From assembly GCA_016795035.1 (NCBI GenBank), contig JAEUIT010000010.1, positions 13,811-77,810 on the forward strand: 64,000 nt of DNA, in the 5' to 3' direction. Both the position numbers and the translations under genes were made by a program. The notes under the pieces were generated by a model. It did no database searches. It had not been told where the DNA came from and saw only the letters and a program-made list of their open reading frames with translations. Positions 1-9,813 of this stretch are shown here, piece by piece; within the stretch, counting starts at the first letter, position 1; each line of letters begins with the position of its first letter. The DNA comes from Phycisphaerae bacterium (GTDB lineage Bacteria > Planctomycetota > Phycisphaerae > Phycisphaerales > SM1A02).

Positions 1-1
1 C

Positions 2-1810
2 GAGATCCAGCGCATCATCCGCGAGGTCGATCCGCCCAAGCCGAGCACGCGCGTGTCAACCTTGGGCGACACCGCGACGAGCATCGCGGCGCACCGACGC
101 ACCGAGCCCGGAAAGCTCGGCGCGGTCATGCGCGGCGACCTCGACTGGATCGTGATGAAGTCGCTCGAGAAGGACCGCACGCGGCGCTACGACTCCGCGG
201 GCGATTTCGCGGCCGACATCGAGCGGCATCTGAAGGGCGAGCCGGTGCTCGCGGCGCCGCCGTCACGGGCGTATCGCCTCGGGAAGTTCGTGCGTCGCCG
301 CCGTGGCGTCGTCGCGGCCGTCGCGGCGGTGGCGGTCACGCTCGTCGGCGGCATCGTGGGGACGTCGGTCGGACTGGTGCGGGCGCGCGCCGCCGCGCGC
401 GACGCGAACCTCGCGCGGGGGAATGAGGTTGAAGCCCGCGAGCGCGCCGAGGCGACGACGGCCTTCCTGCGCGACATGCTCGCGTCGGTCGATCCCGAGG
501 TCGCGCAGGGGCGCGAGGTCACGGTGCGCGAGGTCCTCGACCGCGCCGCGGCCGATCTGCGCGCCGGGGGGATGAAGGACCAGAATGTCGAAGCGGCGTT
601 GCAGCTCACGATCGGCGAGAGCTACAACCAGCTGGCCCGCTACGACGAGGCCCGCGCCGCTTTCACGCGGGCGCGGGAGATCCTCCTCGCGCGCCGCGGC
701 CCCGACGACCGCGCGACGCTCGCCGCCGAGGCGGGCATCGCCGTCGCGGATCTCCAGCATGGCGACCTCGCCCGCGCGCAGCCGGCGCTCGAGGCGATCG
801 CGGCGCGGCGCCTCGCGCTCTTCGGTGCGGACGACCCCGACACGCTCGACGCGCAGAGCCTCGTCGGCTACGCGATCCAGGTCGCGGGCGACGACGAGAA
901 GGCGCTTCCGATCATGCAGGACGTCGTCCGCCGCGAGACCGCGGTGCTCGGCACGCGCCACAAGAAGACGCTGGAATCGATGTGCAGCGTCGCCGACATC
1001 CTGCAAGGCCTCGGGCGACTCGAGGACGCCGAAGCGGCGGGGCGCGCGGTCGTGACGGCGGCGACGGCGGCACAGGGCGACGACGGCGCGCAGACGCTCG
1101 TCGCGAAGAGCATCCTCGTCTCGATCCTCAACGAGCGCGGCCGCTACACCGAAGCGGAGCCGCTCGGCCGCGACGTGCTCGCCCGCAAGGAGCGGCTGTA
1201 CGGGGCGGACCATTCGTCGACCGTGATGACCGCGATGGTGGTCGGCACGACGCTCGAACACCTGAATAAGTTCGACGACTCGATCGCGGTGCTCGAGAAG
1301 GCGCTCGCGAGCTCGAACCGCGTGCTCGGGGCGGAGCATCCGACGTCACTCGCGCTCTCGAACAACCTCGCGCGCTCGCTACATCTCGGAGGTCGCCTCG
1401 ACGAGTCCGAAGCGCTCTTCCGACGCACGCTCGAGACTCGCCGCCGCGTCTCAGGCGACAAGGCGACGCCGACCCTCGCGCTCATGAATAACCTCGGGCT
1501 CCTGCTCCTCGCCCGCGACAAGCCCGCCGACGCGGAAGCGATCCTTCGCCCGATGCTCGCGGGCATCGACGAGACGACGCCGCCCGACCATTGGCTCCGC
1601 GGTCAGGCGCGGATCAGCGTGGGCAAGAGCCTTTCCGCCCAGAAGCGGTACGCGGAGGCGGAGCCGTTCTTCCTGGAGGGATACGCGCAACTCGCGCGGA
1701 CGCTCGAGGAAGGCCACGACCGCCGGACGAACGCGGTCGCGGCGATCGTCGACCTCTACACGAAGTGGGGGAAGTCGGCCGAGGCCGACGCGTGGCGGCT
1801 GAAACGTTGA
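2..1810 (+). CDS. Ser/Thr protein kinase, C-terminal part (5' end outside window) with TM helix and TPR repeats
   Basis: Frame is open from the window edge (EIQRIIREVDPPKPS...). Shows the Hanks-kinase C-lobe (DLDWIVMKSLEKDRTRRYDSAGDFAADIERHL), one TM helix (VVAAVAAVAVTLVGGIVG), then about 10 TPR-like repeats. Stop TGA at 1808-1810. Confidence 0.9.
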   Translation, partial: EIQRIIREVDPPKPSTRVSTLGDTATSIAAHRRTEPGKLGAVMRGDLDWIVMKSLEKDRTRRYDSAGDFAADIERHLKGEPVLAAPPSRAYRLGKFVRRRRGVVAAVAAVAVTLVGGIVGTSVGLVRARAAARDANLARGNEVEARERAEATTAFLRDMLASVDPEVAQGREVTVREVLDRAAADLRAGGMKDQNVEAALQLTIGESYNQLARYDEARAAFTRAREILLARRGPDDRATLAAEAGIAVADLQHGDLARAQPALEAIAARRLALFGADDPDTLDAQSLVGYAIQVAGDDEKALPIMQDVVRRETAVLGTRHKKTLESMCSVADILQGLGRLEDAEAAGRAVVTAATAAQGDDGAQTLVAKSILVSILNERGRYTEAEPLGRDVLARKERLYGADHSSTVMTAMVVGTTLEHLNKFDDSIAVLEKALASSNRVLGAEHPTSLALSNNLARSLHLGGRLDESEALFRRTLETRRRVSGDKATPTLALMNNLGLLLLARDKPADAEAILRPMLAGIDETTPPDHWLRGQARISVGKSLSAQKRYAEAEPFFLEGYAQLARTLEEGHDRRTNAVAAIVDLYTKWGKSAEADAWRLKR

Positions 1811-1846
1811 GCGGCGATCCCCCTTAGGGCGAGTCACCGGGGCGAG

Positions 1847-2413
1847 TCATCTGGTTGTATCGGCGTCGACCCACGCGAGCGCGGGAAGGCCGTCGATACT
1901 GCGGGCGTTCTTGTCGCGCTGATAGGCGCGCACGCCGTCCTCGCCCTTGCGATCCGCCCAGTCGGGCAGTTGGGTGCGATCCTTCGTGTAGGTCATGAGC
2001 GGCACGCCGAAGCCGCAGGAATCCGCGACGCGCGAGAGGTCCGCGACGATGACCGAGCGCACCCCGTTGCCCTCGGGGAATCGCCCCCGCAGCGCCGCGA
2101 ACTCGGAGTTGCCCGGCTCGACGACGCGCCCGCGCCCGTAGAGCCTGAGGATCTTCGGCGGCCCCTCGAACGCGCAGAAGAGGATCGTGATGCGCCCGTT
2201 CTCGCGAAGGTGCGCGATCGTCTCCGCGCCACTCCCGACGTAATCGAGGTACGCGACCGATCGCGGCGAGAGGATCGCGAACGTCGCGAGCCCTTTCGGC
2301 GAGAGGTTGACGTGCCCCGCATCGCTCCGCGGCGCGGTCGCGACGAAGAAGACGTGTTGCGCCGCGATGAAGGCCTGATGGGCGTCGGTCAGTTCGTCGT
2401 ACGTCTTTCCCAT
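1847..2413 (-). CDS. pyridoxamine 5'-phosphate oxidase family protein
   Basis: ATG at 2413 gives MGKTYDELTDAHQAFIAAQHVFFVATA...HVNLSPKG, typical of the PNPOx-like FMN-binding split-barrel family. The upstream part of the ORF is Arg-rich and non-protein-like. Confidence 0.8.
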   Translation of the reverse strand: MGKTYDELTDAHQAFIAAQHVFFVATAPRSDAGHVNLSPKGLATFAILSPRSVAYLDYVGSGAETIAHLRENGRITILFCAFEGPPKILRLYGRGRVVEPGNSEFAALRGRFPEGNGVRSVIVADLSRVADSCGFGVPLMTYTKDRTQLPDWADRKGEDGVRAYQRDKNARSIDGLPALAWVDADTTR

Positions 2414-2893
2414 GGCGGGGAGTGTGGCAGCGCGCCGGCCCGGCGGCGAGGGACGTGGGAGGAAACGCCGTCTCCAGAGACGCATGCGCGGGGCGAGACC
2501 GCGCGCTCCCCGAGGACGTCAGATCACGTCTGGTTCGCGACGTGTGAGGTTCGCTGCCATTTCCCTGGTGCGGTTCCCCCCTAACTTTGGAATGGTCGTA
2601 TGCTCCGGGCCAGCATCGCGTGAGAGGGACCGTTGCCGTTCACCGGCGTTTCCCGCAGGAACTCTGCGCCCGTCGCCTTCATGACGTGGCGCCGTTCCGC
2701 CTCTCGGGAATTGGTTCTCGAGATCCTCTCGGCGGCGTCGATCGGTCCGTACCTCTGACGGAGACGGGAACATACTCCGACCTGGTCGAACAGGTCGGTG
2801 ATGGCCGTTCGACCCGCGGTCACGAGTGACAGATGCAACGAGCCATCGGCGTTCGTCGGGCTCTGTGGACCTCCTCATGCCGGGAGCGGCTCG

Positions 2894-5800
2894 ATGACCT
2901 CCGCACGCCACCGCAGTCTTCTCTGGGCAATCGTCTTCTTCGCGGCCTACGCGCTCGCCGGATGGTTCGGCAACGGACTGCGCCTCATTCCCGGCGTCGC
3001 CATCACGTTTTGGCCGCCTGCCGGCGTATTCATGGCCACGCTGATCATGACGCGACGGCGGTCGTGGCCGCTATGGATTCTCGCGGGCTGCCTCTCGGAA
3101 CTTGCGCTGAACGCGGCGCTCTTTCACAATCCGCTCGTCCTCGCGATCGGCTACTTCGCGGGCAATGTGCTCACCGCCGTGCTCGGCGCGACGCTCATTC
3201 GATGGGTCTGTCCGCGACCGTTTCGACTCGACTCGCTGGAGCAGGCCGCGGCGCTCGTCTTCTTCGGCGCGGCGGCCGCACCGGTCGCGAGCGCCACGGT
3301 CATCGCCGCGATCGACGCCGGAGTCGGCAAACACACGTTCGTGCGCGCATGGTCCTACGTGTGGCTCGGCGACTGCACTGGGCTCCTGGTGTCTGGGCGC
3401 GGTGCCCACGCCATACCTCGCCGTCGTGCCGATCCTCTGGGCCTCGGCGCGCTTTCAGCTCATGGGAGCCGCCGCGTCGTTGGGCGTGCTTGCGGTGGCG
3501 AGTGCGTGGCTGACGGTCTCGGCCCTGAATAGGTTGGGCGCCGCGCCGGAATCCCTCGGGCCCCGCATCGTCGAACTCCAGGTCTTTCTTGGGATCTGTG
3601 CCGTCGCTGCGCTGATCGTGGCCACGCTCTCGGCGCAGCGCCACCACGTGACGGAACGGCTGCAGGAATTGAATGACACGCTGGAGCGGCGAATCCAAGA
3701 CCGCACGGCGAGTCTTCAGGAGAGTGAACGGCGATCGCTCGCCCTCGAGGAAGCCGCGCGCGAGGCGGCGGCGCAACTGAGTCAAACGCTCGACACGGCC
3801 GCCGTCGGGTTGGTGCGCGTCAATCGTGACTTCGTGCACGTGTCGGCAAACCCCGCGTACGCCGCGCTCGCGGGTCTCCCCGTCGGGGCGATCGTGGGGC
3901 GCCATATGGTGGACGTGATCGGCGCGAGCGCGTTTGCCGCCATTCGTCCCTTTCTCGACCGAGTGTTGGCCGGGGAGACCGTCGAGTACGAGACGTTGCT
4001 GCCTTTCGCGCACGCTCCCGCGGCGCATATCCATGTCGTCCACACGCCCTGGCGTGACACCCGCGGGCAGGTGACCGGGTGGGTCGGATCCGTCACCAAC
4101 ATCACGCAGCGCAAGTACGTGGAGGAGCGCCTCCGCGCAAGCCGAGAGCACCTGAGCGTCGCGATGCAGGCATCGCAATCGCTCAGCTTCGAGTGGGACA
4201 TTCCCAACGACCGCGTGCGCCATCTGCACAGCGCCGACGCGTCGCTGCCGATGACCGAAGTGGGAAGCTTCGACGACGCGTTGATGGCCGTACATCCGGA
4301 CGACCGCGCGATGGTTCGCGCCAAGGCGGAGGCGGCGCTCACCTCGACGGACGGCGAGTACGCCGCGGAATTCCGCGTCCTTCGGCCCGACGGTCAGGTC
4401 GCCTGGAAGAGCGAGAGCGGGCGTGTCGAGTTCGACGCAGAGGACCGGCCGCTACGGCTGATCGGCATTCGCCGCGACGTCACCGCCCAGAAGGCGGCCG
4501 AGGAGCAGCAGCGCTACAGCGAAGAGTTGCACCGCATCTCGTTCGACCACTCCCCGACCGGCATCGTGCACGTGAGTCTCGACGCGCGCTTCATCCGCGT
4601 GAATCAGGCCATGTGCGAGATCACGGGCTATGCCGCGGACGAACTGCGGGGGAAGTCGATCGCGGACCTCACGCATCCGGACGACGCGGCCCGTGATGCC
4701 GAGCTTCTCGATGCGTACGTGCGCGGAGACACGTCGTTCTACGAGAACGACAAGAGGTACGTGCGCAAGGACGGGAGCATTCGTTGGGTCTCGATCTCGG
4801 CTCGCATGGTGCGAGACGCCGCCGGCAACCCGCTTCACAGCGTGGGCAGCGTGCGCGACATCACCGAACGCGTGCGGGCACTTGGTCTCCTCCGCGAGAG
4901 CGAGCAGCGCTTCCGCGTGATGGCGGACGGACTGCCGCTGGCCGTGTGGGTTCATGACGCGAACGGCACGCAGGAGTTCGTGAACGGCACCTTCTGTCGG
5001 TTCTTCGGGCTCACGCCGGAGGACCTGCAGCGCGACCGATGGCAGACTCTCATCCATCCCGAGGACGAGGCCGAATACGTCGGGCGATTCCGAGAGTGCG
5101 TCCGCGAGCGGCGACCGTTCCACGCTCGCGCGCGGGTGCGGGTCGCGGACGGGTCGTGGCGCTGGGTCGAGTGCTGGGGCCAGCCGCGAATCGACGACGA
5201 CGGCACGTTCCTCGGAATGGTCGGCGCGACCGCGGACATCACGGAACAGCGGACGTCGGAGGAGGAACTTCGCGCGCACCGCGAGAACCTTGAGCTCCTG
5301 ATCGAGAAGCGGACCGCCGAACTCGAAGCGAGTCATCGCCGGCTTCGGCTCTCGGAGCGAATGGCAAGCTTGGGAACGCTGGCCGCGGGCCTCGGCCACG
5401 ACATGGGCAACCTGCTCATTCCCCTGGGCGTGCGGCTCGATTCGCTCGAGGGACACGACCTCAGCGACGCCGCGAAGGACGACGTGAGAGCCATTCGCAC
5501 GTCGGCGGAGTATCTCCAGAAGCTCGCCAATGGGCTTCGACTTCTCGCGCTCGATCCTGAACGATCACCGGTTGGCGAAGCCACCGAGCTCGCGTCGTGG
5601 TGGAGTGATGCGAAGGGGGTGCTGAAGAACGTGCTGCCGATCGGCGTCGCCCTCGACTCCGACTTCACCACCGGCGCGTGCACGATCGCGATGTCCAAGG
5701 CGGCGCTGACCCAGGTCATCTTCAACCTGGTCCAGAACGCGGGTGACGCAATGAAGGCGCAGCGATCGGGACACGTCCGCGTCCGCGCGCAGATCGAAGG

Positions 5801-6344
5801 GTCACGCGTGCGGATCGAGGTGTCGGACGACGGACCGGGAATGACGTCGGAGGTCCAGGAGCGCTGCATGGAGCCCTTCTTCTCGACGAAGCCCCGCGGC
5901 ATCTCGACTGGACTCGGGTTGGTGCTGGTCTATGGGCTCGTGCGTGAGGCGTCGGGAACGGTCGAACTTAGGTCGGCACTCGGAAAGGGAACCACGTTCG
6001 TCCTCGACCTGCCCGTCGCGTCGCCCGCGACGAAGGTGAAGGAGGAGGGGCGCGGCAAGAGTGCCGTCGTTGCGTTGCACGACGCGCGGCTTCGTTCGTT
6101 CGTCACTGGTGAACTGACCGCGCTCTCGTACGACGTGAAGGATTCGAGCGGTTTGGACGTCGCCGAGCTTTGCGTCGTCGACTGCGAGAACATCCTCCGA
6201 CGTGTGCCGAAGGGCGCGAAGGTCGTCTATCTGGGAAGTCACGTGCACGAGTCGAGTCTGCAGATTCGCTCGCTCGGCGGTCGTCCCCACGTGTCGGCCG
6301 TGCGGGCTGCGATCCGGGACCTGTGCGGAGAGAGCGACGCGTAG
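2894..6344 (+). CDS. MASE1 - 4x PAS - HisKA - HATPase sensor histidine kinase, interrupted by an apparent 1-nt frameshift near 3392 (possible pseudogene or sequencing error)
   Basis: The N-terminal MASE1-like membrane domain (frame of ORF 2798..3532, ATG 2894, ...SYVWLGDCTGLLV) continues seamlessly in the frame of ORF 3165..6344 (LGAVPTPYLAVVPILW...) if t3392 is skipped. Downstream are four PAS-like modules, an H-box (GLGHDMGNLLIPL) and N/G boxes (NLVQNAGDAM, DDGPGM, GLGLVLV). Confidence 0.8.
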
Positions 6345-6439
6345 CCGCGACGCCGCGACCTCGTTCCTCGACGGGTCCCCGAAGGAGAGCGCGCGACGAT
6401 GGAACGGGGGATGACGAAGGTGCGCCCCGCCGTGGGCGT

Positions 6440-7860
6440 TCGGTGTGGAGCCGACACATCCTTGGAGGGCGTGCGGAGACATCCTTGGCACCCCGAGGGA
6501 GGTTGGGGGGGGCGTTTTGCGCCTCGTTCGAGGGGCGTCAATGCCATGTGCGGCGCGCACTGGCCACACCACTGCGCGGTCCCAGTCCGGGCACATGGGT
6601 GACACTTTCTTCGGATGCTGTGGCCAGACCGCTGCGCGGAGGGTTACGGCCAAGGCGCACTGGCCACACCAGTGCGCTGGCCGATGCCTTCCGACGACGT
6701 GGTCAGACCACTGCGCATTAGCGCGCACTGGCCACACCAGTGCGCTCGCCCGACGACGTGGCCACACCACTGGACTCCGCGCACTGGCCACACCAGTGCG
6801 CGGTGCATCGGCGCGCACTGGCCACACCACTGCGCGGCCTCCGGTTCGGACCGGACACCTCCTTGGCAGGCGTGCGGAGACATCCTTGGCACCCCGATCG
6901 CGGTCGGGGGATCGTTTCGCGCCTCGTTCAAGGGGCGTCAATGCGATGGGAAGAACGTTCCGGGCGGCGCGCACTGGCCACACCACTGCGCCGTCCTTGG
7001 CAGGCGTGTGCGGCGCGCACTGGCCACACCACTGCGCGGTCCCAGTCCGGGCGGCGCGCACTGGCCACCCGGCGCGCACTGGCCACACCCGTGCGCTTGC
7101 CCCTTCCGATGACGTGGCCAGACCACTGCGCCCCGCCAGTGCGCGGCACCTGGTCGCGAGCGCGCACTGGCCACACGACTGCGCGGTCCCAGTCCGGGCA
7201 CATGGGTGACACTTTCTCCGGGTCCTATGGGCAGACCGCCGTGGGCGCACTGGCCACACCAGTGCGCGGGCCCCGGGTGTCGTGGCCAGACCACTGGATC
7301 CGACGATGTGGCCACACCACTGCGCCCCGCCGTCCGCGCGCATGGCTGACACGTCTTCCGGGCGACGTGGCCACACCATTGCGCGCCGCTCGGGTCTCGT
7401 GGCCAGACCACTGCGCGGGGGGATGACTGCCAACGCGCACTGGCCACACCAGTGCGCGACGCCAACTACTCGTCGGCGGACGGGCGTAATGCGCACTAGC
7501 CACACCAGTGCGCTGGCCGACGCCTTCCGACGACGTGGCCAGACCACTGCAGACTAGCGCGCACTGGCCACACCATTGCGCTAGCCCGACGACGTGGCCA
7601 CACCACTGCGCCCCGCCGTCCGGGCGCATGGCTGACACGTCTTCCGGGCGACGTAGCCAGACCACTGCGCGCCGCAGTCCAGGCACATGGGTGACACTCT
7701 CTCTGAGGACACGCACTCGTAACTGTGCGCATTGGCCACACCAGTGCGCGGGTCCCGGGTGTCGTGGCCAGACCACTGCGCGGGGGATGACGGCCAACGC
7801 GCACTGGCCACACCAGTGCGCGACGCCAACTACTCGTCGGCGGACGGGCGTACGTCAGAG
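6440..7860. repeat. Non-coding hyper-repetitive island: about 28 same-strand copies of core TGGCCA[C/G]ACCA[C/G]TGCGC. About 15 copies extend to the 23-nt hairpin GCGCACTGG-CCACA-CCAGTGCGC.
   Basis: Read directly. The 23-mer or near-variants start near 6555, 6655, 6723, 6779, 6813, 6969, 7015, 7073, 7162, 7245, 7435, 7491, 7559, 7727 and 7799. A second variant, GACGTGGCCAGACCACTGCGC, is interleaved. Longer blocks are duplicated (6452-6548 vs 6853-6945; 7417-7488 vs 7782-7852). ORFs here occur in all frames and translate to low-complexity WPHHCA / VWPVR strings. Confidence 0.9.
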
Positions 7861-8227
7861 CCCGTCGACGCGTCGGCACCAGTGCACGAGTTGAGTCCCT
7901 CGCGGGAGCGGGCGGGGGGGGCGCGAAGCCTAGGTCGGCGTTCCGGTTACCAGCGTCGGCGCGGGGGCTCGGAGCTGTGGCCGAGGCGAGATGACCGCGC
8001 AGGCGATCGTGGCGGGAATCGGTGCTTGTGATCGCCGCAGGGGGCGGCGAGGGCACCGCTCACGCGTCTTTTCGGCGTTCTATTCCTTCGAGGGTCGCGG
8101 CACCGCCATGACGGCGCTTGTCGCGTCGACCGTGCGGCGCCTCGGCTCGACGCCCTCGGCGACGGTTCCGATCCCGCACGTGCGCAGGTGCGCACGTCGT
8201 GCGGCGGTCGGCGACACTGCGGCGACT

Positions 8228-8956
8228 ATGGCACGTCCGACGCCTCCACGGATGTCTGAGACACCGCCTCCAGACCCCACTCCTCGTTCGTCGGGCGGCG
8301 CCTCGCGCGTGAGCGGGGCGCCCTTGGACGACGCCGTCGACGCGGCCATCGCGTCGATGTCGATCCATCCGAACGCCACGCGCTTCGATCCGGCAAGCGT
8401 CACGCGTCCCGACGAGCGGCTTCTCCGCTACTACCAGATCGTCTCGGCGCTCACGCTCGTCTTCTTCCCGATCACCTTCATCCCGCTCTACCTTCGCTAT
8501 CGCACGCTGCGATACCGCTTCGACGACGAGGGCGTCGGCATGAGCGTCGGTCTCCTCTTCAAGCAGGAGACCTACCTGACGTACCGGCGCATCCAGGACA
8601 TTCACGTCACCCGCGGACTCCTGCAACGATGGCTCGGGCTCGCGACCGTCTCGGTGCAGACCGCGGCGGGCTCGTCCTCGGCGGAAATGACGATCGAAGG
8701 CGTCGCCGATCCGGACGGACTCCGCGACTGGCTTTACACCCGCATGCGCGGCGCGCACGATCCGCACCCGGCGGCGCGCTCGGATGGAAGCGGCGAGGAA
8801 TCGGCGCCGACGTCGGGGGCCGACGACGACGGCGCCGACGACGACATGCTCACGCTTCTTCGCGAGATTCGCGACGAGGTTCGTGCCCTGCGCGCCGCGG
8901 CCGCAACCGAGCGGCGGTCGCGCGAGCCTTTGTCGGACGAAGGAGGCGCGGGATGA
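8228..8956 (+). CDS. bacterial PH domain (bPH_2 / YdbS-like) membrane protein
   Basis: Two TM helices (YYQIVSALTLVFFPITFIPLYL) followed by RYRFDDEGVGMSVGLLFKQETYLTYRRIQDIHVTRGLLQRWLGLATVSVQTAG. Start is uncertain (ATG 8228 chosen; alternatives 8108 and 8252). Confidence 0.7.
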   Translation: MARPTPPRMSETPPPDPTPRSSGGASRVSGAPLDDAVDAAIASMSIHPNATRFDPASVTRPDERLLRYYQIVSALTLVFFPITFIPLYLRYRTLRYRFDDEGVGMSVGLLFKQETYLTYRRIQDIHVTRGLLQRWLGLATVSVQTAAGSSSAEMTIEGVADPDGLRDWLYTRMRGAHDPHPAARSDGSGEESAPTSGADDDGADDDMLTLLREIRDEVRALRAAAATERRSREPLSDEGGAG

Positions 8957-9750
8957 ACGAGCGAGCCTCGATCAGCTCCGCCGTCGCGAAGAAGACCTAC
9001 CGAGGCGTGTGGGCGGTGCTTCGATCATGGTTCCGCGTGCCCGAGGAGCCGCCGACCTTGCCCTCGCGCGGCTCCACCCGCACTACGCGGCCGGCTCCGG
9101 GATTTCTGCGGTATCTCACGTTCCAATTCTGGGTGCTCCTTGTCATCTTCGACGTCGCGCTCATCGGCGCGTGGCTCGTCGTCCTGATCGTCAATCCGAT
9201 GTTCGGCGCGATCATCGCGATCCCGGTGTGGATCGTCGCCATCGTGCCCGACATCGTGGCGTACGTCGCGATCCACCTTCGCTACGACTCCACCTGGTAT
9301 GTGATCAGCGATCGAAGCATGCGCCTCCGGCGCGGCATCTGGGTCGTCGAGGAAGTCACGATCACGTTCGAGAACGTGCAGAACGTCTCCGTCCACCAGG
9401 GACCGGTGCAGCGCTACTTCGGCATCGCCAATGTCCTCGTGCAGACGGCGGGCGGCGGCGTCACCGTCGGACCCCACGGACCGGTCGCAAGCGGCGGACA
9501 CATGGGACTCCTCGAGGGCGTCGACGACGCCGAGGCACTCCGCGACCTCATCATGGATCGCGTGCGGTCGTCGCGGTCGGCGGGGCTCGGCGACGAGCGC
9601 GAGCGCGCCGGCGACGCCATAGTTCGTCCGCGCGCGAACGGCGCCGCGACTCGTCGTGCGGCTGCGCACGGGGCCGCGATGCAGGCGATCCTGCGCGAGA
9701 TTCGCGATGACCTGCGCGCCACGAACCTGGCGCGTTCGACCACGACGTGA
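8953..9750 (+). CDS. bacterial PH domain (bPH_2 / YdbT-like) membrane protein
   Basis: ATG 8953 overlaps the upstream stop (ATGA). Has TM helices and the motif YDSTWYVISDRSMRLRRGIWVVEEVTITFENVQNVSVHQGPVQRYFGIANVLVQTAGG. Confidence 0.75.
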   Translation: MNERASISSAVAKKTYRGVWAVLRSWFRVPEEPPTLPSRGSTRTTRPAPGFLRYLTFQFWVLLVIFDVALIGAWLVVLIVNPMFGAIIAIPVWIVAIVPDIVAYVAIHLRYDSTWYVISDRSMRLRRGIWVVEEVTITFENVQNVSVHQGPVQRYFGIANVLVQTAGGGVTVGPHGPVASGGHMGLLEGVDDAEALRDLIMDRVRSSRSAGLGDERERAGDAIVRPRANGAATRRAAAHGAAMQAILREIRDDLRATNLARSTTT

Positions 9751-9813
9751 CGAGCGCGACGTCGCGGCCCGGCGCGAAGGCCGACAGGCCGGCGACGTCG
9801 CGCATGGGCACGG

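Noticed and set aside
2777-2798. Hairpin CCGACCTG-GTCGAA-CAGGTCGG in the 480-bp lower-GC gap upstream of the histidine kinase, and the small ORF 2581..2838 (-)
   Set aside because: No U-tract and no recognisable riboswitch or sRNA features. The ORF is not protein-like. Left unannotated.
5802-7547. 581-aa minus-strand ORF, plus other ORFs at 6445..7209, 6740..7426 and 7225..7797, across the island
   Set aside because: They overlap the 3' end of the kinase gene in antisense. They exist in every frame and translate the DNA repeat into low-complexity strings (VWPVRA, HWPHQCA). These are repeat-driven artefacts.
6440-7860. CRISPR array interpretation of the repeat island
   Set aside because: Repeat spacing is irregular (about 18-156 nt), the 'spacers' are themselves repeated, there are at least two interleaved repeat variants, and no cas genes are in the window.
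6440-7860. Replication origin / DnaA-box cluster (CTGGCCACA resembles the high-GC DnaA box TTGTCCACA at 7 of 9 positions)
   Set aside because: The match is partial. I see no AT-rich unwinding element, no dnaA/dnaN or other origin-linked genes nearby, and all boxes are in one orientation inside larger hairpins. This cannot be supported from sequence alone. A GC-skew analysis of the whole replicon would settle it.
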